The notes beneath the pieces are model-generated. The model saw nothing but the letters and a program-made list of their open reading frames with translations. It did not search any database and was not told where the DNA came from. A program made the translations under genes and the position numbers. A stretch of DNA of 61,509 nt, counting the filler, from Hausera hauseri (taxonomy: Eukaryota), in NCBI GenBank assembly GCA_046269625.1. It is 11 parts of 11 records of this genome, joined end to end, with 100 filler letters (N's around TTAATTAATTAA, not from the genome) between each part and the next. Parts side by side here need not be neighbours in the genome. Positions count along the whole stretch, not along the records: positions 10,068 to 17,479 come from JBJURY010016343.1; positions 17,580 to 30,605 come from JBJURY010002236.1; 9 more parts are not named here. One strand, written 5' to 3'. This document shows, piece after piece, positions 12,050-24,081 of the stretch. The first letter of the stretch is position 1, and every line of letters begins with the position of its first letter.

Positions 12050-15000
12050 GAAACTATGGAGAAGTATTATGGTGTTCGAATTGATGGCTCACAGTTCTAC
12101 ATTTATCCATCATATGAAATAATGTCTGACCTACAAGTCTCTCAGTTTAGAAATCAACATCAACACCATCTGTCCATGTTTACGAAATCGAAAAAAACAA
12201 TATTTCAAAATCATAAGGATATGATCAATATGCAAAGCAAATGGTATCAAATCAACAAATTCCGACAACATCAACCAATCAACCAGCTAAACTATCAATA
12301 AAACAAAATTATGATCAGAGTTGAAAAAACTGAGACTTGATGAACAATCTGTAATCGACAGTTATTATGTTAATCTTTGTTTTGATATTGCGCCTGACTA
12401 ACTGATTTCTACTCATACATCTGAACAGATTTTAGCAACTTTAGATTTGTACATTTTTTCAATTTTCATCCCGTAAGATTCAGTACGGTCTTGTAATTTT
12501 GTTTGAGAATGCTGAGGGTGAATTTAAACAGATATATTTCTCATCTAGCTGGTCCTTATCAACTGCATTATCCCCAATCTGTTGCTGCTAATTTTCGAGA
12601 GCAATTTGAGAATTACGCTGAAATGGGTAATGAGTGGTAAGTAGTTAAGGTTTTGAAGTACTGTTTTTATATAGTCAAAACAAACCCATTTCCTTATTTG
12701 TCTGGAGGGTCGTATTTGCCAACACTCGGTATTTTGTAAAAGTCAAAAGCTTTTGTAATGTACAGAATGGTGATAGTTTGTTCTTCGTTTACTCGATTTT
12801 TACAGTGACTTAGTATTCTCTCTTCGAAAAGAGTCATAGATATAGAGTTGGCAATTAGACTTCTTACTTAAGTGAACTGAAATATTCTTTTGATGACATG
12901 CTTATGAAAATATGTAACATAGGGAAATTTGAAAGGCAGAATCCACAACTTTCAATTAATGTATTTTTGTTTCATGAAGAAGATGATGTAAACTTCGATG
13001 AGGATATAGTAAAAAATCTATGAAATATAGGCAATTTGTTGGTGAAAATTGTACTGTTGAATTTTTGGCTTCTTTGGAAAAGATTGTCAAGATGTTAGTT
13101 TTTCTTTGCATGAAAGTTCGAAGAAAACAATAATCGCATTAACATCTTCTGAATGGTATCTCTTAAAAATGCCACAGTATGTTATCTTTGTTGTGAAAAT
13201 GGCTCTCAATTTGTCAGTGATTATTGGCATGTTACGGCAAAATTCGTAGGCCATGTGTGTAACAAATGTAACTTGGCATGTCAAATTAGGTATAGTTTGT
13301 CTGTTGTTTTTCATAATTTGCGTGGATATCATCTTCATCATATTTTAAAACATGCTTTAAGTACATTTAATACTTGGGAATTAAGAGTTATTGAACAAAC
13401 AACGGAAAAATTCTTGACTATGCAGGCAAAGATACGCTGTTCACCTAAAAAGTCTGTTTCCATTCAATTTCTGGACTCCTTTCAGTTTTCACCAGCTTCT
13501 TAAACGACTTTAGCTTCAAATTTAGACAGCTAACCATTTACAAAATCGGCTTTTTGTTCTGACATCATTAAGGGAAATGGTATATTTCCATATGCTGCAG
13601 CCAAATCATTAAGTGACTTGCAGTCTATTTCTCATTTACCACCTAAGTGGAACAATGTTAGTGATGTCGATTTTGAGGAAGCACAACTTGTTTGGACGAG
13701 GTATAGGTATAACATTTTTTGGATTATATGTTAATATACATGAAACTCGACGTACAGTTGTTGGGAGATGAATTTGAACGGTTTAGAAAGGAAGTTAAGT
13801 TACAGGGTGGTTCAGAGGCTGTAAACTGCCTTTCAATTACCGGGTTATCATGGGCAACAGCATTTAAATCAAGTCCTCGTAGGATTGAACTCATACAAGA
13901 TCCTGAAATGTACAATTTATTTTAATCTGGTATTCGCGGTGGCATGACTTTTGCAAATAAGCAGGGAGTTACCACCGATGAAAGCACCAGTCTCTAGTAT
14001 ATAGATGTAAATAATTTGTACGGCCGGACTTTATCACAACCTTTGCCATTGGCGAAGTTGACTTGGATTTAGAATGAGGATACTTTTAAGCAGTCTTAGT
14101 AAGCAATTGCATTATCTTGACACTATTAGAGAAAATTAGGCTTAATGTTTGAGTTGGATATTAGTATTCCGTCTGCCAAACATGACAAATTAGATCAACT
14201 GCCTTTAGCTCCAATTAATCAATATCCTCCGGGATCAAGAATTGTGAAATTATTGTTGAAACACTAGCGTAAAACAAACTACGTCACTTATTATCGGTTT
14301 TGCAGGTTTTCCTTGAGGTAAATGCTGTGATTGAAAAAGTTCATCCGGCTGCTGAATTTGGCCAGAGCTGTGTTTAAGGATTATATCGATTAAAACACTG
14401 ATAAAAGATCTGCATCGATAAATCCTTTCGAGAAAGATTTCCTTAAGCTGAAAGAAACAGCTGATATGGTAAGACAGTTGAGAATCTGTTGGAAAGGTCA
14501 AACTTGATATTGTGTAATAATGCTAAGAAGCTTATTACATATGCTAGAAAGGCAGAATTTAAGGAATGCATTATTACTGCTGATGAAATAATTTCTGTTC
14601 TTCTTGATAAACATATGGTTACTTTAGATAGGCCCTCATACATCTGTCAGGCTATTCTCAATCTTTTTAAACTGCAGATGTATGAGTTGAATTACGTCGA
14701 GTTTGACACTTATAGGCAACAGTTTAACTGTGAGATTAATATTATTGCCGGTAACATGGAGAGCTTTTTTCTCGAGTGCCGTGGTATTGACTTGCGATCC
14801 AAACTTTTAGCGGCAATGAGCAGCTAGATACTTCCAATTGTGATGTGAGTAATTCACTGTACTCATTTCGTTTCTCACCTGTAATAGGGAAATTTAAGGA
14901 CGAAAGTAAGGGTTGTGTTAAGTATCAAGAGTGGATTTTCTTACGGCCAAAATCGTATTCACTGAAAATGCAAAGTAAACCAATCATGAAATTTAAGGGC

Positions 15001-15215
15001 ATCAATCTCAAGCAGGCAAATTTGCAACATTACAGCCATGTACAGGCACATGAAAATGGTTGTTGTACAATGGTTTAACAGGATAAAATTGGGATCAAAA
15101 TTATCAGTTGATGACCATCAGTTTAAAAAAGAAGACATTGGATCCGTTTGATGACAATAGACAATAAATAGAAAAGAACAGAAGTGTGGCCTGCAGTCAT
15201 TTCAGTGTAAATATG
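12050..15215 (+). pseudogene. Polinton/Maverick protein-primed DNA polymerase B, decayed copy 1 (divergent subfamily)
   Basis: Fragments CYLC..SDYWHVTAKFVGHVCNKCNL (endonuclease VII-like), FHNLRGY, FLDSFQF, GIRGG, YIDVNNLY, RPSYI, IIAGNMES and GKFKDE..EWIFLRPKSY. Many stops and frameshifts. Confidence 0.85.
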
Positions 15216-15296
15216 TAAACGTATCTTTCCTGCTCTCTGATTGGTTGGACTCTTGCATATATCACTGTATATTTACTCTGAATTCACTCATTCGTT

Positions 15297-15712
15297 ATGA
15301 ATGCATTCACTTGGAGATTAGAAAACTTTAAGAACTATAAGAAGATTATTGCAATAACCAGTGATTCCTTCAGTTTTCAACAGCACAATTTCTGTATTTG
15401 AGTTTATTCGGATAGGATGGTATGAGAAGAAATACCTATTTATCAATATTCTTCGCAATGGTCAAATGTGAACATAACGATATGTTGCAATGGCCTTATC
15501 GTGCAGAAATCCAAATGTTCTTACTGAATGGACAAGGTGACGTAATCTGCTCTGACAAAATGAAAGCAGATATGAGATCAGTATGTTACATAAAACCAGA
15601 AAACGGATGCAACACAGCAAGTGAACGTCCAACATTTATTCGATTAACAAACCTGCACATTATGAATACCGTATTCCCCTTATTTTCGTTACATAGTACA
15701 CACATAAACTGA
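15297..15712 (+). pseudogene. Stand-alone TRAF-type MATH domain, decayed
   Basis: MNAFTWRLENF...FCI*VY...TYLSIFFAMVKCEHNDMLQWPY..IQMFLLN...KPENGCNTAS..PTF matches the TRAF consensus THLSLFFVxMKGEYDxLLxWPF...RPxxxMNIASG. One stop and one frameshift. Confidence 0.75.
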
Positions 15713-17579
15713 TACTTTATTATTTTGTTCTTTATTTTCTTTTTTGTTTCCTAATTCAACGTGTATTTTTTCAACAGTACTAAAGTAATTCCTATCATAA
15801 AATCTGTAAATGTACATTTGATTAATCACATTAACTAAATTTTCTATTAAAGGGCACACTGTTGTTATCATCAGTGCTATTGATGCTAGATATGCTTGAA
15901 ATTCAAAATTTCTTGCTTTTACAACTAAGTCATTCTTAATTGTCATTCCACCATCTTGACAACTCTGAAATTGATAATCCCTCAAAATTTTGCAACTGTG
16001 TTAATTGTTCCTCAACTTTGCAAAATTGTATAATATACACCATATACTTCCCATATAAATACAATTTTCAAGGGTCTAATGATCTTTGTTCTCAGCTGGG
16101 AGGGTGTGAATTTCTGTCATATCGTTTCTATCACGCTTTGCAAGAAGATTTAAAATATCCAAATTTGGTTCATTTTGCTGCAGATTGAACAAATTTATAA
16201 ATAAGTTGAATTTCGAATCCACAAACAATGGTGAAATGTGTCAGATTATTTTGAGACGACCGAAATATGGTTTGTCTGTTGATTAGTTCCACTTTTCTGT
16301 TAAAACCCGCCAAGAAAAATTTATTGCTGGAATGCTGTCTCAAAATTTATGTAACAAATATAATCGTAAATTTAAAAATATTGCATTTTTTGTAAACGTA
16401 ATATAAACATGTAATAATAAAACAAAACTTTAAAAATGCACACATATATCACTGTTATTTTTTTGGTGGGCCAATGTGAGCACCACACCACCCCCTTGCA
16501 AAGTCAGTTTTGCCAGGCGGGACCCAACGTGAGTCGTCTGGTGACCAAAACGTCGGTAGATTTTAACCATGAAGAATAAATACTTTCGGCAGGAATTGTT
16601 CGACTTCTCTCCAGTAGGACGAAGCAATGTTGAAGAAGCTCACACTAGCAACGCTGTATCTTTCGGTACCACCACGAGATGCAATGGACGTAGTTAAAAA
16701 CAGTGCACGGTCCTTTTTTTCCAATTGACTTGCAGATTTTGTGAATAACTATGTAATGAACTCTGGATATAGACCGTTACATGTTCCATAATTCCTCCTT
16801 GGATGAGCTTACAGTGTTTTGATCAAATCACATGGCGATTTCCGACTAGTATGTGCATTGGATCCTTCGATATCCCGACGGATATATTGAAGTAAGTACG
16901 ATGAGAATTGTCTGAACAATCATCGGTTTTTAGCATTTTATTCGGCGGTCAATCGAACATCGAATCGCTATCATCACAATCGGATTCACGAGAATATTTT
17001 GAGGAGAGTAGAAGAAAAATGAGAGTTATTCACAAATAACCTTCCCTACCCACTATTTAATTGAATTGTTGCGTTTAAACAAAAGTCAATTTCTCGATTA
17101 GCTGAATCGTTACGTGGATGAATCCAAAATTACTACTGATCCCGGATTGGGTGAATTCGTGATTATTTATTATTCCCACAAATGTCACATCAAATCAAGG
17201 TCATTTATGCATTATGAACAATGTATTTCAAAAAACAACAATTTTATTATTGTTTTTAAAATGTACTTGGCTGATGGTAATCATTCAGTCGCCATATATA
17301 TTGCGCTGCTCAAAGTTAAGTATTTAATTAAATTAAATGAATTTACAAATATTTTAAGAAACTGTTAAGAAAATGAAAGATAATTTCATTGAAATGAATG
17401 GCTATGAAATAGCTACTTCGGAATATGAAGCACCTGAACTAGTCCAATATCGTGCATACAGAAAATATTTTAAGATTTTNNNNNNNNNNNNNNNNNNNNN
17501 NNNNNNNNNNNNNNNNNNNNNNNTTAATTAATTAANNNNNNNNNNNNNNNNNNNNNNNNNNNNNNNNNNNNNNNNNNNN

Positions 17580-20500
17580 TTCGTCTGTTTGTAAATATTC
17601 AAAATACATTGCAGCGCCGTGAACTCCCATAATTTTCCCAACACAATGTTCGGTGTGTGCCTTTCTTATAGCTTCATCTTTGGTCTGTTCATTTGTGATT
17701 ATTGCTACTATCCGGTTTGTCTCGAGTGGTATAATCCCCACATTTACTAGATATTCTGGTTCGTCCAATATTCTACCTCTGAAATAGAGTCGGTAATTGA
17801 CTCCTTCTTTACCTTCTTTATTTATTATTTGTTGTTTTATGTCTCCAACAGTGGTATACGTAGTACATTCAAACTCCTCGTCGTCTATCCCTTCAGATGA
17901 TATCCTTACTTTTATTTGTGCTTCTGGTTTATTTTTCAATAATTTAGCGTACTCTTTTATCAAGAGTTTAGGCACGGCACTATACACAGTGTTCTCACTG
18001 GATAGTTTAGTCAAGGTTGGAATCAACTTCCTCAATTTTTCTTCACTTATGTTTATTCTCAACATGTTGCTCAGCTCTTTCTCAGTCATTATGGGATCTA
18101 GTAGCATTTGCACATCAAATTTTGTCTTTTGCGTATCAACAGGCGACTCGTGAATGTGTATTGGCGTTCTTGGGTTCTGTTCGGTTAAACCTTGGAGATA
18201 TTCATCCCATTCGTTTTCGTTCTCAATGTCTGGCACTTCCAAATTTGTTAACGCCGCTTGTCCTACTTGGACTCTTTCTCGTAATTTGCTTAATTGTGGT
18301 TGTAGTATTTTCATGACGGACACCCTAAATCCATCTCTGTTTCCGCAGGCTAGTTGTATCAGTTTAATTAGTCGACACGTTTCCTCTGGCTGTAACAAGG
18401 CCTTATCTTGGTAATTGGTCAGTTCCGCGATCCTATCAACTTGCCATTTCTGTACGAATTCTGCTTTATCGCTCAATTCTGTTTCTGTCAAAGAATATTT
18501 ATTTTTATAACTTTCTATTTCCCTCAGCAATTCATTTATTTTCAGCTGTCTTCTTTCAGAACGTAATCGGGTTTCTTTTATCAAACGTATGCGGTCGGTC
18601 AGACTTCTTGCTACTGTTTCATCAATTTCTGCCATTTCGGTTAATAGTAAGATTAATTTCTGGGTTTGATTAAGTATCTCGGCGTCTGGATCTATTGCGT
18701 CCATTAGTCTTCTTATTAATTTTACTTCTTCGCTAGTCAGCTGCAAATCGTTTAAGATTTCCGTTAATTCGGAATGACAAGATAAGTCATAACCTGGTGA
18801 CCATCCGACTGAGTTCTGTATATACTGTAATGTCTGTGCTATGGCAATCCGGTGATCCTTACACACTTCCAATGTTTCTATTTCCTGTATGGAAATTTCT
18901 TTTAGTGGTTTCTGTATCAAGTGCTGTATTCCTTCCCAACGAAGATTTGCTAAATTTCCTTGGAGATCATTTAGCTTATTCCTTTTCTTGTAGAAGTCTT
19001 TTTCTTCTATCATATCGTATATTTCTATCATCGTTGCTTGATCTCGAGCTTGGTTCATGAACCTGAGTTCTCGATATGATTCGAATTTACTTCGTAATTT
19101 CACTTCGTCCTGCATCGTACTGGTATCTAACAACATTTCTTCTAATTGATGTCTCATTATTGGTTCAATTACGGAAAATTCTCTTAACCTTTCTTTTATT
19201 ACTCCTACTATTAGGGGTAACAGATCGGTCCACTTCTGCAGTTGTTTGGTTATTAACGGTTTCGTATATATTATTTCATCTAATGCTTCAAGGGCTTCTC
19301 GTAATTTGTGGTCCGGTCCTCGGACAAATTCTATGATTTGTTTTATATAGTTAAATTCTTCCTTGTATTCTTCTAGCTCAAGCAAACAGGAACGTATTAC
19401 TCTCTGTACTTGTGTATTCTCGGAGTCGATTATGCCGATTCTTAAATCATTAATTTCTGCTCTCATTTCGTTTTCTCTTCTGATGCGTCTATGTAGATCC
19501 GGATATTTATGAGGCTTATCTTTGATTAAATTAAACATTTTTAATAAAAAGAAAATATCAGTTTGTTCTATATTCAGTATTCTTAAATCGACCTCAGTCA
19601 GTTCGTATGCGACTTTATTATGTAGATAAGAAATTATCGCTTTCTGCATCTCAGCCATCAATTCTTCTAAGTTCCGTCGTACTCGCTTTGATTTCGGATT
19701 CGCCTTTAATGTATCTATCAATCGTTGTGCTTGATTAACTTGATCGAGAAACGACTCGTTTTTATTCCACCATATTTTCGTAAAATCGATATTATTTGTG
19801 GTCCATAGTTCCAATTTATCTTGGCAATCTTTTATCATACCTTCCTGTATTTCCAACGATTCGCAAGATATGTCTTCTTCGCCTTTTTGTATACCAGTTC
19901 TAATCTTTTTATATAATTTTTCTATGAATTGTTGTTCTTTTTCGGAGATATCCAACTGCTTGTTCAGTTGTTGTAGTCTTTGTAAGTTTTGGGTTGCTTT
20001 TTGCGGATCGTCCAGAGTATCTGTTATTTTTGCTAGCTCTTGTGCATTTTTCCATGATTTTCTAATTTTTCCAAACTTCGTGGATTTCTCTTCCTTTGAT
20101 TCCTCTTCGCTAGATGGCAATGGACATATTTCATTGATTTTGTCGATATTTACGATACTTGTGGACTCTGGGACTATAATGGGAGTATTTAGCTCTGTCT
20201 CATCTCGTAAGTTGATAGTAAAGGCATCTTCTACTTCTACATCTTTCTTAACCGGAGATCGTGAACGTGTTCTTGACCTTCTCTTAAGAGAGGGGCTTCT
20301 ACCTCTATTCTTGGTTATTTTAAGTACTAACGGTCCGATGAATTCACTCTCGACTTCATCTGCTGTCTTCTCTTTAGTTGGCGTTACAATTTCAGTATCT
20401 GCATCCAAGTCTATACTCGGAGATGCTGTTGATTTTTCTTCTTTTGCTGGTTGATCTCTGCTTTTCTTTCTGGCCATATTAGTACCTCTGGGCGCTATAG

Positions 20501-21771
20501 CCTTTTCGTATTCCGTTTTTGGTTCTCTTAACCCGTGATAAACTTCTAATTGGTACAATTTCTCTTCATATTCCTGTCTGGCCTTAATTACTTGCGGATT
20601 ATTAGATTCACCCATATTTCTTACATATCGTCGTAAATCTTGCATTTCGATAATCATACTTATATCTCCTCGTTTTCCGTAAATCCCTTCTAGATTCTCT
20701 TTTATCATGCTTGTTTTACTGGTCTCGGCAAATGATACACTCCGCGGGTTAGGACATGATCTAGCTATATGTCCTTCTTTACCACACGAGTAACAAATCA
20801 GATTCCCATCGCGTCCGATTCTTTGTCTACCGTCTTCATTTACTGGTGATTTCGGTCTACCAGTATTTTTATTTTGAACTGACTTATCGATTCCATTATT
20901 TCGACTTTCATAATTCCGACTTCCTGTATGTCGATTCTTGTTATACCGGTCATTGCTTCTATCCGGATTATAACTTGTTTTACCATACATGTCTGTACTG
21001 TAACCCGTTTTATTATACATATTTCGATTATCGTTCCTGTTATCATATTTTGTATTACGATTGAAAGTATTTTGAGCTCTATTCTCATATCCTCGATCTC
21101 TATTATTGTCATTAAACCTTTTATTACTTCGGTTCCTATCTCTGTTATCACGGTCATTATTCCGTTCATATCTATCATTCTGTTTGGCATATCTGTCTAA
21201 TGCCATTTCTAAATTCTGAGCTAATTGCAATGCCGTTTCAAAATTATCTGGTCGAGCCAAAATTAGTTGCTTTACTAAATCTCTAGACCATATGCCGTTT
21301 ATTAACTGCGTTATCATCATGACATCTAAATCTAGTGGACTAGCCTTTTCTGCTGCTTCTCGTTCTTCATTTGTTTTTGCTTTTGCTGCATTAGCTATTC
21401 TCAACGTACTCACATAGCTATTAGCAAGTTTCTTAAGTGCGAATGCGAATTGGGAGACCGACTCACCCTTCTGCTGCGTTCTATTTTGGAAGGCCATCAA
21501 TTTCTGTTGAGGCGTAACTGTCGGTAACAATTTCCGATTTAAGGCTCCTACTACCGAAGACCATGACTTCTTTTCGTCATTAGTTAGTTCACTATAGGGA
21601 CAATCGTTTAATCATAACTTCTGGTGCGAGGCTGGCACCTTCTGCGTGCAGTTTATAAGTCCGTAAAAAGTCGTTTAATCCATCTGGATCTCCGTCGTAT
21701 GCGGGTAAGTTTAACGAGTCAAACGTAAATATATCAAGTTTCTGAGCTACTGCTGGGTTATCTGCTGCCAT
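17580..21771 (-). CDS. gag: Extended Gag: capsid-like domain, CCHC knuckle, RS patch, long helical region, ubiquitin-like domain; one frame break near 21595; open at the contig edge
   Basis: ATG at 21771 gives MAADNP..LPAYDGDPDGLNDFLRTY. The frame then shifts to YSELTNDEKKSW..RTQQKGESVSQFAFALKKLA (major-homology-like). CYSCGKEGHIARSC at 20754-20795. UBL at ~17695-17920. Confidence 0.9.
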
Positions 21772-22106
21772 TTTAGTTTTATTTAATTTATCTATTTTAG
21801 TTTTACGAGAAACTTTAAACTCTGTAACTTGATTTAATTCCGTGTCGGATAAATGGTTTTTATCTATCGTCTGATTTTTAGTATAAAGCTTATTACGAGT
21901 TTCTCTACCGTTTGCTAATAAATTTTGATAAGAATTTGATTTATCGGTGTTCGCTTTCAGTTTGACTTATTTATTCCCTCTATCAACTTATAATCCCGAT
22001 TTTTAACTCTCAATCTTCCTATAACAATTACTTGATGTAAGTGGCGCTATTCGCCCGTATGTCGTTAATTGATTTCTCAAAAGTAAAGTCTAGCGAGGCA
22101 CAGACT

Positions 22107-22124
22107 GTCCTGCTAGGGTCGCCA
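22107..22124 (-). promoter_or_regulatory. Primer-binding site, tRNA-Arg-like
   Basis: Minus strand TGGCGACCCTAGCAGGAC lies 4 nt after the LTR-terminal CA. It is complementary to a tRNA 3' end GTCCTGCTAGGGTCGCCA; the Arg assignment is by resemblance to Arg tRNA 3' ends ending GGTCGCCA. Confidence 0.85.
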
Positions 22125-22128
22125 AATA

Positions 22129-22918
22129 TGTTGAGTTAGGGTGGCCCTTATCCGTCCCCACTATAACAATATTAACTTCAATTTATATTTTTGCTTCAAG
22201 AGCAGGTTAGGATTACTCGTTCTCGAGTAATCTGCTTGTGCCTTAGTATTTTAGAATAATTTGTGTCTAAGCAGGTACTGCGTGCACGAAAAACAATTGT
22301 CTTAATTTGAATTCTCTTGTCTTAACTATTTAAGTTTGAGTGAAATTTTAACTTAGGGTAGTCCAAATCAGCTTTAAGAGCCGATGAAGAAAACTATGTG
22401 ATTTTAAAAGAGAATACAATAATGATAACCTTTATTAACACCTTCTCAACAGTACGTATCGAATCACAACCAAAATGAAGTAAGTCAATTTTTTTGTTTT
22501 TTTGAATCTTTTCCGAATTCCGCAATACGAACCTAAGTCGTAATTTGTTATCAAGCTTGTCTAGCAATTTCGATTCTAAGTCGCTAAATTTTCAGCAGGT
22601 CAATGCGATCCTAAGTCGCAAAAATTTTTCTAATTTTGTCTTTTTTAGCTTCTGCTTATATAGTAGCAGCTTAGCCGTAATCATCGATTTATCTAGTTTA
22701 TTTACACAGATAACCGTTTTTTTGGCAATTACAACAGTTTTTCGGCAATTGATGTGACAGTTCCTTTATTTTTATCGCGACTACAATCTTTAAAAATTAT
22801 TTACTGGTGACTTCTGTAGGCGATTGATTATTGTCAATTCACGAATAGAAATTCTAAATATTTACATTATTTACTGGTGATTTCTGTGGGCGATTGATGG
22901 GCGATTGATTATTCTACA
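22129..22918 (-). repeat. Long terminal repeat (790 bp, TGTAG...CAACA)
   Basis: Bounded by PPT and PBS. TATATAAG at ~22655-22662 and AATAAA at 22431-22436 (minus strand). An internal direct repeat of ~35 bp lies at ~22797 and ~22867. Confidence 0.85.
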
Positions 22919-24029
22919 TTTCTCCTCCCTGAGCGGCATCCTCGAAGGAGCCTATTGCGTCAGAAGAGGTGGCGCCAATTGTTCTGGGGTCTCTTAATCG
23001 ATTCAGTCTTTCGTCTAGGTCAGATGGAGATTCTGGGCGTTCTTGGACTACTACAGGGTTTGTTTCTAAACTATAACTGAAATGGGGTCTTATTCTGACA
23101 ACTCGCGTATAGTTTCCGTTCGAATAATATTTAAGTTCCGTAGCTTCAGCTCGACATACTGGACAGGTGGTCTTTCCATTGTCTAGGGTCCATTTTTCGA
23201 GACAGTCTCTGCAATACTTATGTCGGCAATTTTTGTTATCTAGGATTACATATCCTTGTTGTAAGTCGGCCTCGCAAACAGGGCACTCATTTTCCTTTTT
23301 GCCCCAGTCGTCTCTATCCAAGTCCACCTGGATGATTAACTCGATTGGCTCAAATACGAGCCCGTCTTTGTCTTGGTATAGGTAACCATGAATTATCTTT
23401 TGTTTCGGATTAATAGAACTTTTTCTGGGGTCGCAATCAACTTGGATTAGGGTCCAGTCTGTTATAAGATCTTTGTCCAGATCAGGAATAGTTCCTTCCG
23501 TTTTGTATTTCTTATATTGTTTTTTTAGAAGTATTCGAATTTGTTTGTTCACTGGAACTATGATTTTTCCGGTTCTCTTCGACCTGAAGATTGAAGTGAG
23601 ATATGTTCCTATTTTATGATTTTCCCAAACGTAGGTGTTTTCGAACACTTCTCTGGCGGGGGCTAGTTTGATGAAGAAAGTCGCTTCTTTTATTAATTTT
23701 TTGCTATAATATTCGGTTATCACCAGCATCTTGGGAAACTCTTTATCAGTTTTGAAGTGAACATCCTTTTTACTATTTTTCTTTATTAAGGTATTTATCT
23801 CTGTTATTAAGGGATTTTTAAATCCCCTCTTTAATGGTTGGGTACTTTGGGAAGTGCTGGGTTGATCTGATTGGATTTCCGTGCTCTGTCCTCCGTCGAC
23901 TTTTCGTTTTTTGAATATATAGTCATATACAGATACTGTTTCCCTTGTTTTGGATTTCTCCTTAATTCCTGTTTTGTTGATTGATGCTTCCTGTTTTCTT
24001 TCTTTGGTGTGTTTTTCTGGGGCTTCCAT
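22914..24029 (-). CDS. RING-HC (C3HC4) finger protein, probably the C-terminal half of one accessory ORF
   Basis: CPVC...CRHKYCRDC..W..CPVCR at ~23150-23287. The frame is open upstream of the ATG to ~24123. The ORF reads through the PPT and stops 5 nt inside the LTR. Confidence 0.85.
   Translation of the reverse strand: MEAPEKHTKERKQEASINKTGIKEKSKTRETVSVYDYIFKKRKVDGGQSTEIQSDQPSTSQSTQPLKRGFKNPLITEINTLIKKNSKKDVHFKTDKEFPKMLVITEYYSKKLIKEATFFIKLAPAREVFENTYVWENHKIGTYLTSIFRSKRTGKIIVPVNKQIRILLKKQYKKYKTEGTIPDLDKDLITDWTLIQVDCDPRKSSINPKQKIIHGYLYQDKDGLVFEPIELIIQVDLDRDDWGKKENECPVCEADLQQGYVILDNKNCRHKYCRDCLEKWTLDNGKTTCPVCRAEATELKYYSNGNYTRVVRIRPHFSYSLETNPVVVQERPESPSDLDERLNRLRDPRTIGATSSDAIGSFEDAAQGGEM
22919..22931 (-). 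promoter_or_regulatory. Polypurine tract
   Basis: AGGGAGGAGAAA immediately before the LTR-initial TG. Confidence 0.8.
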
Positions 24030-24081
24030 CTTCTCTTGAGGAATTTCGGTTTCTTTACTTCTCGGTGTTCCTTTCTTATTT

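Noticed and set aside
16200-17100. Possible DNA transposon remnant
   Set aside because: No interpretable catalytic motif or paired ends.
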